This document shows positions 28,796-42,032 of a DNA stretch of 64,000 bases, piece after piece. This DNA comes from Adineta vaga (lineage: Eukaryota > Animalia > Rotifera): positions 248,001 through 312,000 of the forward strand of contig CP075493.1 of assembly GCA_021613535.1 (NCBI GenBank). Reading direction: 5' to 3'. The position numbers were made by a program, and so were the translations under genes. The notes below the pieces were generated by a model. It was given only the letters and a program-made list of their open reading frames with translations, had not been told where the DNA came from and searched no databases. Numbering within the stretch: the stretch's first letter is position 1; the number at the start of each line of letters is the position of its first letter.

Positions 28796-29329
28796 ATGGA
28801 TCGAAATTTATCCGCTGATTTATTTTCTACAGATGATGACTTAAAGCCTCTTCTTGGCAAACATTGGATTCATCAATGTCTTGATGATGAACTATATGAA
28901 GTCTATGTGAAAAATAGAAATACTATTGACTTTCGTACTCTTACAGGAGTAGTAGCTGGAAGATGGTTCAAAGGACAACATGCGAACATAGTACGACTTT
29001 CATCAAAGGCTAATTTATTTAACATTTCATGGTACGAAGCCACCGGCGCATGTGCTAGCTTAATCATAAATTTAGACGAACGTATCATTAAGTTAAATGT
29101 GTTTTTTCCTCGATGGATAATGAACGATCCCGACAAAACAATAGGCTTCGAAAATGAACATGTCGATGAGATACTTCGACAGCGCGATGCAGGACCAACT
29201 TATCCCTTAGGAAGTCTTCACGAATTCGCAAAACTGAAATTTATAGAAGATTGTGGTGAAAACAACGAAACTGTCATTGCATGTCATCCAAAGGATTTAC
29301 CTGATGGTTATTTAGATCGTTCTAATTAA
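28796..29329 (+). CDS. padC: Phenolic acid decarboxylase (PadC/PAD family) homologue, intronless
   Basis: Full-length match by eye: YEVYVKN..TIDFR, VAGRW, SWYEATG, FFPRWI, RDAGPTYP, EFA....DCGENNETVIAC. AATAAA at 29386. Confidence 0.92.
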   Translation: MDRNLSADLFSTDDDLKPLLGKHWIHQCLDDELYEVYVKNRNTIDFRTLTGVVAGRWFKGQHANIVRLSSKANLFNISWYEATGACASLIINLDERIIKLNVFFPRWIMNDPDKTIGFENEHVDEILRQRDAGPTYPLGSLHEFAKLKFIEDCGENNETVIACHPKDLPDGYLDRSN

Positions 29330-30399
29330 TTATTTACAAAACTGTTTTTATTGTCTGCGTCTCACTCTTTTTTTCTTTTATTTCCAATAAAACTCAATAC
29401 TGAGTAAGATGTAAGTTTGTGTGAGAATGTGGATATTTTCATTTGATAAAACCCCCATGCACACCCACATCTACAACCACACTCAAACTCTCAAACTGGC
29501 TCAGCGTAACTGATGGAAAGGATTGATAAGCACAAAATCCGATGATTTTAGAGTCCGATCACCTCAATGACTTCCAACAAGCTCCTATGAATTCTAATTG
29601 ATTTTCATGAATTTTGTGAGAATTTTTACAAAAGCTTATGAATGTCTTTGGATTCTATCTTATTCCATAGCTTCGTTGGATCTGTACACTCACATTGAAT
29701 GGAGGATGAAAGAGTTAGAATGTTCCGGTACTCTCGTTAGAAAAGAACTATCTGTCTATGTCTGTACTTAGAAATTGTTACTGACTACTTATTTCAATCA
29801 TGCTTCGTGACAAACAACATTGACTATTCGGCACTTAGGGTCTCTTGCCCAAGTATTATGAGAAAAAAGTGTGACTTTTTATGAACGAAGACAGAGCATA
29901 TTTGGAGAGGCTAGGTGTGGGTGAAGAGTAAAGTATAACCCACATCCACACCCACACACTCCATATCGAGTTCTCTGTGATCAGTCATTTTTGTCCTGGA
30001 AAAATATAACCCGAGAAAAACGTGATGAATTCCGGATCGAAAATGGTCCTTTGTCGGATGTATAGATCTTCGCACACAAACTTCGTTATGAAGAAAACCT
30101 TGTCATAACTTGAAATGCTGATTATAACCATCTCTTGTTCAACTCTTTTCACTGTTCACATTAGATGTAGGTGAGAGTATCACATAAAGGGTGTTCTGTA
30201 GTAACTGAGGATAAATTGTTAATGAAGTTTTTCGTACTTTCTCTTGATTTAGAGAGGTGAGAGTTTTATCGCTTATATATGGAATGAAAACCTAAATCCT
30301 CAGACAGTTTCAGCTCGCTAGCTAAAATTAGCCGTGAAATAAATCGACAAGATGGGAATACAGATATTACGGTCAAAACATCAATTTTTATTCTGTATT

Positions 30400-30945
30400 G
30401 CAAGGGTAGTTCCATAGATACTCTACCAAAAAAATTAAAAAGTATACAGGAACGTTTCTTTCATATTACACTTTGTGGAGCTTTTTCTCGTAATCATTTT
30501 GGTAGTAAAACTTTTCCAATTTAATTGAGAATTGACTATCTCTTAGTGAAGATATTTATTGTAAAAACTGAATATGTCAAATTGTTTCTTGATAGAAATA
30601 TAATGTATAATGTCGACTCGAAATTTATTTATCGTATTTGATCGTAATTGAGAAGCTATCTATTGGGTTTCATTGAGCAAACTTCACTCTACAAAATCCA
30701 CTGTGTAATATTTCTTCAGAACTTAGCCATTTTGAGATATATGGATCGACTTCTAACTACACGTTAGGTCATTTTATAGTGTTTAGTACTTTATCCAAAA
30801 TCTCGTCATTGCTCGATGAAAGCTGGAAAAATGTTTTTACCAAAATAATCACGAGAAAAGCGCTACAAAGCCTAATATGTAAGAAGATTTTTCTAGAGTT
30901 TGTTGGACTTTTTTGGCTGAATATGCTTGGAATTGTCCCGCAGAA
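30400..30945. mobile_element. Diverged fold-back MITE
   Basis: CATATTACACTTTGTGGAGCTTTTTCTCGTAATCATTTTGGTA vs TACCAAAATAATCACGAGAAAAGCGCTACAAAGCCTAATATG. Confidence 0.55.
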
Positions 30946-32859
30946 TTTTGACTAAAAAGATATTCAAAAATCGTTTAGGAAAATTGAAAAGTTGTTATAT
31001 ATGATTTACAATTTTTAAATTTCAAATTTTACAGGGATTCTCAAAGATTGCTGATGATTTCTGAGGAATCTGGCGGGTTCCAGAATTCCGTTCTTTACTC
31101 CTTCCTCTTGAAAGATTAAGGACAGCTACAAATATAGTGTATGTGTTCACAATACTGCTCATTTTATTAAAGTTTTGTCTTGTGAAAATAAATTATGGAT
31201 TTATCCTTTATGTATAGAATTGAATCCGAATTCAGACCTATCGAAATCATCACTTGAGTTTTGTTCTATCTCCTATCATTGCAATGAAATAGATTTTACT
31301 ATAAAAACCAAAAATTTTTAAATGGTGGTCGAAAAATGAGATTTTGCTCAAAGCTTTCCTATCGGAAAATAGATCAAAACCGTAACAGTTTTATGCTAAA
31401 GTGTTCGTCTTAACATGCGTATTTTACTAGTATATCGCTCATATATGAGTAGTAGGAAAAATATGAATGGGGTGATTCTGAGTTTTATTCACCCCTGTCT
31501 TTTGTGACGACTCAGTTTGCAAGTTTTATCCAACCAAAACTGAACTTACTTGAGAGGGACATAATAGAACGGAGGTTTCAATTATTCGTTATGATTAATG
31601 TGTAGATATTTCGAGCAAAAGAGAGAAAGACGGTGTAGGTGTTCGGAATCCGTTCAACGTGTCTAGTTTTTATGTCTATAAACTTTTTTTTAGATTTTGC
31701 ATAGTTTATAAGACTCGCTCTCCCTATTATTATAGCTAGTTAGATTGTTTTCGCGTCGAAATCATTCTCCACCAGCTGGTTATCGCAACGTTGTGATCAT
31801 ATAGTTTCGTCTGATCTATATTTTTCAAGGCTATCCAACTTTTTATCAAATGCAGAGAGATTCATTCTCTTTAACTTACTATTACGATTATCTGAGACTA
31901 GCAAAGATGCCCAATGTTGTTTTAGAACCTTTCAGATCGAAAATGTCATATGTTGTAAAACGACTGAAACTAGCGGGGGATGTGTTTGGAAGTTTTTATA
32001 TATTATCTCACCATATCTTGCCCTGTATATGGGAGACAGGACAACGAACACCATGTAGCCCTTTAAATTCAACTATTCTCGTATATATCTTAATGCAACA
32101 ATCTTTCCTTCTCTTACAGCTCTCGCTGCAAAACCTATCCCTTCTCTTACAAATTTCAATTTAACTTTATCTGCACTTCAATTCGAACGTCAGAAACCGT
32201 AAATTCCGAGGAAAGTAACTCATTTCTCGCCAGTACACTCACGTTCGCAATAAAGTGTAATAGTCTAGCAGACATGTTGTGAGAATGAGTGTCTCGCTTC
32301 TCACTCACTCTAATTTCCGTGTCAGCCTTGCACATATGCGCAGAAACATGGTATTAGATGAACACTGTAAAAGTCGATAGTAATTAGTTAACCGAAATCA
32401 GATGGAATTTTATCAAGGGGAAAAAAAGCGAAAAGTCGATACTCCGGTGTACTCCTTGTACTCCCGGGGTGGGTGTGGGTGTGTTTGAGGGTGTGAGTAT
32501 GGGTGTTGGTAAAACTCCTCTCTCAACCCACACTCTCACCCACCCACACTCTCAAGACACTTCATCGACAGGATACTTCGACGACTAAACGCTCTAACAC
32601 CAAAGTCGAGAAAATTCAACAAACGATCAAAAATATTAAATTCGTTTTTGTAGAAACTTTTCTTTAAAGAACATAAATATCAAACAATAGGTTTTAAACC
32701 CCCCCCCCCGCTTATAATAGAAGCTCCCTGGGGCTTCTAATATGAGGGGGGGGGTTACTCCAACTTGGAATAAATCTATCATTGAAGGTGTGGATGTGAG
32801 TATGAAATTGAACACTGATATCAACATATACACTCTCCCTCGCCCAGATGTTTTGTGGA

Positions 32860-33035
32860 TGACCTGTATTGTTGACTACATTCACAGTCGACGAAATGAA
32901 TTGTAGACAAAATGAACTGTAGAGAAAGTATTCTGTTTACAAAGGATTCTGTCGACGAAGTGCTTTTAGACAAAAGTTTGTAGACCAAATAATTCGACGA
33001 AGTACCCGTCGACGAAAGTGTCTGTCGACCAGAAG
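32860..33035. repeat. Array of about 15-bp units (TGT[C/A]GAC[G/A]AA), probably TE subterminal repeats
   Basis: About ten degenerate copies, with inverted copies near 32560-32585. Confidence 0.65.
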
Positions 33036-33316
33036 CATAGCATTCGCCATAGAAAGTTTAGTGGTTTTAGCTATTACAGGAACTGAATGTATAGCGACTA
33101 AGCAAACAAGAAAACATTCTTTTTTACACTTCGGCGTAAGGGGACGACGTTTTTTCTGCACTATATCTTTTTATCTCGATAGGTAAAGGACTTTGCAGTT
33201 TTGATTTCTTACAGGCAGATACGTCTCTCATTACTCTCTTGAATTTCATAAGTTTCACTGGATCTTACTACATAATTCAGTAGCTGTATTAGAAATATTT
33301 GATCAAACACGATAAC

Positions 33317-34081
33317 GGCTCGGCGAGCCATCGATCCCCTTCGCTGGGGTAGGTTTAAAACTAGTATTTTATAGGAAAAAAGTTTGTTATAGCCAGTATG
33401 ATCTATAAATATTATCAAGTTTGTTCAGCATTCTGAGTTACTTAACTGACACAGAAAATCTATATCATTTTTCTTTCTGACGAGTTTAAAAACACGAAAA
33501 AGTACGAGATTTCCCAGTTTTTTCATTTTTGAACCTTTGATTTTTGTCAAAAAGATGAATGAAATTTTCCATGACATTTTGAAAATAAAATGAAAATGAA
33601 TTAATTGATTAGTAGATAAAAATATTCTTAATCGCTACAAATAAAAATAAGTTCAATTTCATAGTTAAAATTATCATAGAAATGGTCCTAAACTATCCTA
33701 CATGGAAAACGACAAAATTGGTGAAATTCCGTAACGATCAACTTCTAGGCTGCCTTATTTGAAGGGATTGTCTTATAGCAAAAGCGACGTGATATTCTAA
33801 GAGCTTGTGGAAAACTGAATAACTTTTATGCAGAATGTTCATTTATGAGAAGCTTAATTTCGAAGAAAAATGTTAAAAACTGAGATACTCCAAAAATTTT
33901 GTCCATTTTGCGAAATTCCGTAACGAACGATATTTTTAAAATAACTTCACTATAGTTTATGATAACTCAGTGCAATTTTCAGCGTTGGTGAACCTAGTTA
34001 GTCTTTATATATACCCAAAATATCAGAAAGATATGTCTCTCACAAGTTGAAAAATGAAATTCCGTAACGCTTGGCCGAGTC
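33317..34081. mobile_element. Unclassified non-autonomous TIR element
   Basis: Ends GGCTCGGCGAG / CTTGGCCGAGTC; flanking direct repeat GATAAC (or CGATAACG); GAAATTCCGTAACG three times internally. Confidence 0.65.
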
Positions 34082-34989
34082 GATAACGAGAAAAAGACAG
34101 AAATTTGAGGGTGTTTCACTTTTTGCTTGTTGTTCTCAGCTGTATACTACTGTGATGTAACTACTCTTACGGTAGATAATAGAAGACACTTAGGTCTACT
34201 CAACGAAACAAAAAATTCTTTAATAATCTTTTTATACAGCTTACTATTTGTGTCACATTAACGTAACGCCTCGACGACTTCATAACACGGCGTCTTTCTG
34301 CATAGAAATCTTTTGAAACCTCGTTTATGTGGATCATGTTTCTCAACTTCCGACCATTTGACACCATACTATACAAGACTCGAGTAATGATATTTAGATC
34401 GAAAATTTCAAAACTGATTCCAGTGGGATGACACTTTACGCCTTTAAGTCGATATATAGATGCTATTGACATTTCGGTATATCCCTAGAATACTATTATC
34501 AATTATTCATTTATACTAACTTTTTGTGTAGATCTAACCTGAAACATTCGCTTAAGTTACGTAACTATGAACGAGCATATTGATAGAAATAGAATATTTT
34601 TCGGAGTATTGCACTGAATTATACATGAATTTTGACTCAGTTTGACTTTCAGTAGGACATGATCATTCAATCAACAGCTTATCATTCTGTTTGTAATTAC
34701 AGGGTTCTTATGTCGAAGTGGAGTTAAGCTTTACTGAGGCAGAGCGACTTAATCTATCTGGTCGTGTTCTGGCAGTCTCGTGAAATCTATTTTTCTAAAT
34801 AGTTTAAAGGAAATAAATATAAAGTATGCATGATGCTTAGACTCTTTCTCGAGTTTTATTTCAGAATGAAACTAGGCACAAAAGATGTACTGTAATAACT
34901 GACGATAAGTTGATCGTAATATATTTTACACTTTCTATCGACGCTAACAAGTAGAATTTTTAGTAAATAAAATTTTGATTAGGTAGACG

Positions 34990-36223
34990 TAACGGCGTAA
35001 CCAGAAATTTAAGGGTGTTGGGGCTCAGCTCCATGCTATATATTATGACCTTAAATATTCATGAATTCATATATTAACACTAACATTACCAAATCTTATA
35101 GCATTGCAATAAAGTACACTTAGTAGGATATTAATAAGGTGTTTGATTTCTAAAATTGCTTAACTCGTTCGTATATAATATGCAGACAAAATATTCGAAG
35201 ACAAAAAGAAAAGATAAATTTGGTCGGTCAATGTATGATTGGCATCAGTAGGTAATGCAAATGATGTTGGCAAAACCAATAAACTATGAGAATATATACA
35301 TATGTAGATGTTAAAGACGGTGATGTTGCTGATGTAAAATCAACTGTTGGTGAATGAGTGTCGATTAATAATAAACATGGTGATATTAACTGTATGTGTT
35401 GTTGATGATGACGATGAAGGTAACAAGCTAATATCTAATGTGGGTGTTGGTATAGATTGGTTATATGTGGTTATTAAATCAACGTGTTTATTAGGATTTG
35501 GATCAGTTGTAGAACTTAAATTAAGTGCTTCACAAGAAGTAACTTCTTCATATTCCGAAGAGATAATCGAAAAATTTTATTGTTCAGCAGATATTTTTGT
35601 CTCTTTGCTGCAGATGATGAAAAGAGGGAAGTAATTGTGTTTTCCTTTGAGCTTGATTTCATTTCGACAACACCAATTCGTTTGAAGTTTCAGATTCGAA
35701 CAAGAACGTGAAAGAGAACTTATATATAGATCAGTACGTTTAATATGCAATAGAATTTTTATTAAAAAGATGTTACTATCATCTATCGTTGAGACTAAAA
35801 TATAACATTATATTAGTCTCAGTTTTCGTATGAAAAGGACTGCGCTCGAAAGCATGTCATTTTGTCAAATTTCATCAATCTTAAGTTCCTATTTAAAAAC
35901 CTTAAAATTCGGGTGGTGGAGCTGAGCTCCCGCTGGTCACCCCCTAGTTACACCACTACACTGTAAAAAAAAGGGCAGAATAATAAACCCTTTTTAGGGG
36001 TTTATTAATCCTATAATTTACAAGAAGGGTATGTTATACGTTGCACTTTCATATACCCTTAAAGGGTTTGTGAAAGTGCAACGCATAAGAATCCCTTGCC
36101 AAGTTTATAAAAAATAGGGTTTATGAGAGGATACATGACGTTCATAAACCTAAAAAAGGTTCATGTCGCGACCATCAATCCTTTTCGAGGGTTTATAATT
36201 CTACGCTTTTTTTTTACAGTGTA
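34990..36223. mobile_element. Non-autonomous hAT-like element
   Basis: TAACGGCGTAACC ... GTTACACCACTA; 8-bp flanks GGTAGACG/GGTAGATG once the nested MITE is removed. Confidence 0.75.
35959..36221. mobile_element. CACTG (EnSpm/CMC-like) MITE
   Basis: TA|CACTGTAAAAAAAA ... TTTTTTTTACAGTG|TA. Confidence 0.85.
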
Positions 36224-36876
36224 GGTAGATGTATATTCAAAATACCAGCTTACCACATGAGTAATAAGCATGAAAAATAACCATTAATAATTTACTATTA
36301 GTCATTATAAGATACTCTTTAAGTCTGGATACTTCTGAATCAGTGTGTATATAAATTGGTTCGAATGTCACCAAGAAAATACACGGTAATATTCCCCTCT
36401 GAACAGCAATTCATTCTCTGAATCTGCTGATGGATCAACCGAGATGATATTCATAGGTTAAAGTCATTTGGAACTCATAGTGGAACAATGAATTAGATGA
36501 TATAACGAAAAAAATAGCTATCATCGTATTCGCCTATAAAGCATTACTTGCTGTCAAAAACAAATTTTCTCCTACATCAACGGCACTTAAAATGTTGCAT
36601 GCCTTCTTTTTATACAAGTTATCACTATTCGAGATTTTTAGTCTTCTAAATTTCCACTGATATTTTGCAAAGGTAAATTCTTATTTTCTTCCAATAGTAT
36701 TGTTCAGATAGGAAACGTAGCTCAAAGACTCTGAATGAGTTTGAGCTTAAAGATCAACTTTTTTCGAAGGTGTATACATATTTCAGTAGATTGCTACAAC
36801 TAGGGTGTATTTTATCACAACTCAATGTTCTAATAAAACTTTAGATTCAATCATCTATAGTTTGCATATTAGCAAG

Positions 36877-39800
36877 ATGACGACGGATTTTAACAAGATA
36901 CCAATCATCGATTTTGGGAGATTTTTGAATGGCAGCCAAGAGGAAAAAAGTGAAGTTGCAAAACAAATTGGCGAAGCTTGCCGTAATGTTGGATTTTTCT
37001 ATTTGAAAAACCACGGGATATCTGCAAAACTAACTGAAGATACCTTAGTACAGGTGGAAAGATATTTCGCACTGCCTTTGGATATGAAAATGAAAGATGC
37101 TGTGACAGGACGATCTAAAGACGATGGTCGCGGATATCAACCATTTCTAGCAGAACAATTTTCAAGTGGAAAGGGAGATCGCAAAGAATCATATTACTTT
37201 GCACTGGAATTGGACGAGGATGATCCAGATGTCAAACGGGGAGGTGCACTCTATGGACCCAATCATTGGCCCGATCTGCCAGGTAAGTACCTATACAGCT
37301 ATACTGAAATTAAAAAACGATTCGTACTATTCTAGGTTTCCGAGAAGTACTTTACGATGACTACTATTTGGCTATGAAAGATTTAGCACAGCAACTTTTG
37401 AAGGCATTTGCATTGGCATTGAACCTATCCGAAAACTATTTTGATTCATTGACAGATAAACCATTAGCTAATATGTCTCTTATGCATTATCCATCACAAT
37501 CATTAGATGGAACACTCGAGCCACATAGTATAGGTAAATATATAATTTATTTTGTCTATTACATAAATGTTCTCGTAGCAGGGAAATTAAAAACTTTTGT
37601 TAGAGCCGATGTAGGGGTGCAACAAACCCAAAGCTTTGGATTTGGTTTGTCGGATTTGGGTTTGGGTTTTATTTGGTTGTCATACGTCTAAAAATCATGT
37701 GACTTTGATATTAGACAAGTTTAAATTCAAAATCCAAATCCAAACCCAAATCCAGATCTACACTAGGATTTGTTGCATCCCTAAGCCGATGAATAGTTTT
37801 CGAGCTTTTAGCTATTAGAGTGATAAGGTTACCATTGTTTATCTTTACAGATGCACTCAGTGTCAGTCAGACCGGGTGCAAAATGAAGTAACTCATAATC
37901 TATTTGCTATCGAGTAATCCTAGGAACTTGCGTTACATTAATGTACTATAATTGTTTTATTTCTGAATATATATATATCCGTTAATAAGAGCAGAGATTT
38001 GACAGGATATTACTTTTTCAGCAGATAATTAGTTCAATAGATAAATATACAGAAGTCACATAATTGTCATGTATAGATAGAGCACAACTTATCAGTAAGT
38101 TAATAGAGTTTGAATTAACTAAATCTATATTCAATGCGACTGTATTGGCACATGTCTACCTACCTTTAACATTGCTTTTTGATCGATATTACCCTCATTC
38201 TTGTGTGTAAGTGATACTGAATATTATACCTCTGAGCACTAGAATTTTCCAAATTCAACTAGTGTTTAACTTTAAACGCTAGGATAGGAGATCAGAAGTC
38301 TTTCCAACTGTATTTAGCTCAATATTTTCGAGAATCATTTAATAAATCCGAATATTTATGTAAATGCTGTGTTCGTGATGTGAAAATTCAAGTGTGAAAA
38401 AGATGTTTTCATTAATTAATGATGCCTATGCTCTAGACAGAGCTAAGAGGAAATTATTTGTACTTGGGTTTTTCAGACTTCTTAAGTATTAAGTACAAGT
38501 ACAAAGTATTCATCAAATTTACTGGTACTTGTGTTCAAGCACAAAACCGGTACTTTTGTACTTTGTACTTGATGTTAGGAAATAGCAATATTATTTTATT
38601 ACTCAAATGCTTTCGGTTTTTCAGAACTTTCGCAGTTTTCCGTGACGTCGTTGTGATCACGTTGAAATTGATTTGTTAACGATTCTCTTATCGGAAATCA
38701 AAACATTATTATAACCATAATTAAAGCTAAATCTTATGCTTTAGAGCTAGAGGGACGGTGGTTGCATAGGTAAGAAAGAGATCGCATTCACATACAACTT
38801 CACAAACGTTTTGAGTCAAACTATATAAGACATCTGAATAATAATCGTTGTTAAAATTTCCTATCCTCGCTGTATATTTTCATTGTTTCTCGAGTACCAA
38901 GTATAAAAGTACAAGTTTTGTACTCAGGTATAAGTACGGAAGTATCTGTTGAAAGTAAAAGTATAAGTACGAGTTCATATTCTCCAATTACAAGTGTGGT
39001 ACTTTTACTCGTCCAAGCTCTGATTCCACTTTTTGTTCTTTTATTGTATTCTAAAATTTGCTAAGCCTGACGTAAGTCAAAATACCTCCTGCTTGTAGTA
39101 CTTGCGGTAATAAACCCAAATGACTCTTCTTGTGAAACATTTCTTACTGGTTTTTAATGAGAAGCTAACAAAACAACGGGATCTATCGAATGAAAATCTA
39201 AAAGAGACGGTGTCTACCCATCCGAGTAATTTACTAAATCAATAACGAATCGATGGTGAACAGTCTGTAAAAGAATTTATTGAATATCATCATGAGAGGT
39301 TCAGTGTCAAAAGAAGGGAAAAAACACGCAGTTCTATTCATTAAAGGTCTACATAGCGGAACATTCTTACAACTCATAATGTGTTTTTCAAGACCCACCG
39401 CTCACTCCATAGTCGATTGTTGACTTATAAATATTTAAATGAACTGACTGTGTGCATATGTTGAAGTCTTGATGGAAAAGCTACGATAAAATTTGCAGCT
39501 CGATATATTGGTATTTGACAGAGATCATCACCAACCAAAAGTCAAATATAACCATTTTCGCACCTATAGTTGTCGATCTCGAATGGTTTCATCTATGAAT
39601 TTTTTTATTGGAGAGAGCATATAAAGATCCAGGAAATTACGTTGTTCTTTTTTTTGCTAACCTCTTTGTTTTAACGTGGATAATTTCATTAGCAAGTTGA
39701 AGCTCTAAAAAACACTCTAAAAAATTGAATAAGTGCTTGCATTTGTGTTTATAAGAAAAACAGACTTACATTTTAAAGTAAATGTGGAAACTTCGGATTT

Positions 39801-42032
39801 TGTCTGACGTGAGAGTTATGTGTACTGCAAAAAGTGTATGATATAGATGCATCATTCTCGAACATCTGAACACTAAAAATATCATAAATTTATTTTTATC
39901 GAAACGATCTCTGTTGACTGTTGCTAATCTGAAAAGATGTAGAAACGAATACAGCTCATTTTTCATCTCTCCGCTTTTATTTACCTTATGACTACCAACT
40001 TTCTTATACGTTAATTCCGATTGGTCACTACTCAACCGATGTAGTTTCGAGGAACACGAACGACAAATTCGAGTTCTCCGACTCAGAAAACTTCGAAGTA
40101 AGATATCTGTCATCGGAAGATAGAGCTTTAATTTTGAATTAACGAGTGCTGCTAATATTAGATTCATTTCTTGTATAGTTATGTTTGCATTTAAGAGACG
40201 TTCCATGGTTCGATCGAGCATTTGTGTCCCACGAAAAAATTTTAACCTACCGTTTTGATTATGCCAAACGAAAGAGCATGTAAAAAGCATCTAAATCCAA
40301 AGTTCCAGCATTTTTTAAGTGACTTACGGCCGATTTCGCAAGTACTTTCTTCAACATGCTCAAATTATAGTTTTACATATTTTCGATTTATTGGGTACTC
40401 AATATTTCATTATTATCTCCTCTAAAAAACATTCAAATTAAACTTAAAAATATGTCAAATGGTAGAGCAGATTGAGTTCTACAAAACTACATATTTAGAA
40501 TTTATTGAAAAAAGTTTCTCACAAACCTAAAAGCCTTAAACTGCCTATAATGATTTAAAAGAACTTGAAATTTTGAGGAGATTTTTAGTATTTTCATGAA
40601 AAAACAGACAGAAAAAACATCAGGTCGACAAAAGTTACAAGTGGACTTGATAGAGCGGAAGAAACTGCACAAGATGCAATGAAAAAAAATTACCTATAAA
40701 ATGCACAAAGTACCCTAACTTACTACAAAAATCCGGAAATATCATGTTTTCTATAGTAGTTTTCCATAGAATTGTCAAAATTTTTCTCTTACACGCAACA
40801 TAATTATGACTTATTCACTCTAAAGCAGATAGAACTTCTAAAGGTTCGTTATTGCAGTACCCCTGGGCGAATATCACTGTGGGTGAGGTAGGATCTGGGT
40901 GAAAACCAGGGTGAGTGGTTTTGGAGATGGGTGAATGTCAATGTGGGTGAAGTGTGGTTGAGCGGTGGGGAGGTGTCAGATAGGTGTAATACTAACACCC
41001 ACACCCATCCTCTATGTCCCTGTGTATTCGGCTAGGGATGTTACATGTATTTGTTAAAGGATTAAGTTAGCATGAACTTTCGCAAAGTCTGCCGCTAAAT
41101 ACCAGTTCCATATATTTTCTCTTTACCCCTGTTGACACTTTACTCTGGTAGAGAATTTCAAGCGCTATCAGAATCTGCCATTGCTTCCTGCTAAAAGTGT
41201 TCTGTTGACCGCAATATCCTCGAAATACATAATCCGGCTTTTGCTTTCCACAGGTATATATGTAGAAATCATTTCATATTCATAAGTATAATGGCATTAT
41301 TTCACTGTTTCTTTATCAAAATGTTCGAAGCATCATCGAATCTAAATAATAATAGATCAATACAATAAAAGGATACACGTATTCTGATAATTATATCTGA
41401 TGAGAAATCGTAACGATTCAGCTAAGATATTGTCACTCAAGATACTTATAGACTTCTGTAAAAGATAATATTTTTTAACCTATTTGCGAGAAGATCAACA
41501 TAAACACTTCCTCGTCAGATTACATTAATTAACGAATAAATCCCAATTATAATATAATTGCTATTCTGCTGTTTTGTTAAACGTAGGATGTCGTGCACAT
41601 ACAGATATTGGGGCGTTCACACTTCTACAACAGTCGAGAGATGTTATAGCGTTACAGGTAAAAAATCATGAAGGACAATGGATCGACGCGGAGCCAATTG
41701 AAGGAACTTTAGTTATTAATATTGGTGATGCAATGCAGCGATGGACAAATGATCAGTTCGTTTCTACAGTGCATCGTGTGATCAATATTGGCGGTGAAGA
41801 TAGATACTCAGTTGCAATGTTTTATGGACCGAACTTTTTTGCAAACATTGATTGTATTCCAACGTGCTACAATGCTGAAACAAATCCAAAAAAGTATGAA
41901 CCAATCCTTGCCGGTGAATTCGTGATGAGTAGAATTGCCGATATGTATACGCCAAAGTTTGAAGATATCGATATTGGAAGACTACCCAATACATCAAAGA
42001 GTGATACCATCAAAAACAAACATACATCATAA
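36877..42032 (+). CDS. 2-oxoglutarate/Fe(II) oxygenase, isopenicillin N synthase-like; exons 36877-37282, 37336-37533, 41587-42032 (349 aa)
   Basis: IPIIDF...ACRNVGFFYLKNHGI N-domain, HTD...H iron triad and RYS 2OG-binding motif. Both introns are GT-AG, phase 1, and the frame stays open. Confidence 0.92.
37612..37783. mobile_element. hAT MITE, 172 bp, in intron 2 of the oxygenase
   Basis: TAGGGGTGCAACAAA / TTTGTTGCATCCCTA with a perfect 8-bp TSD AGCCGATG. Confidence 0.92.
38438..39022. mobile_element. Non-autonomous hAT remnant
   Basis: CAGAGCT ... AGCTCTG ends with AAGTAC repeats; a similar terminus occurs at 13986; no TSD. Confidence 0.6.

Noticed and set aside
28796-29329. Bacterial contamination
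   Set aside because: The gene has host-like AT content, a poly(A) signal and eukaryotic TE flanks, with no operon context; read-level confirmation is still advisable.
39766-40290. 174-aa ORF as a nested gene
   Set aside because: No recognisable motif; lies antisense in a TE-filled intron.
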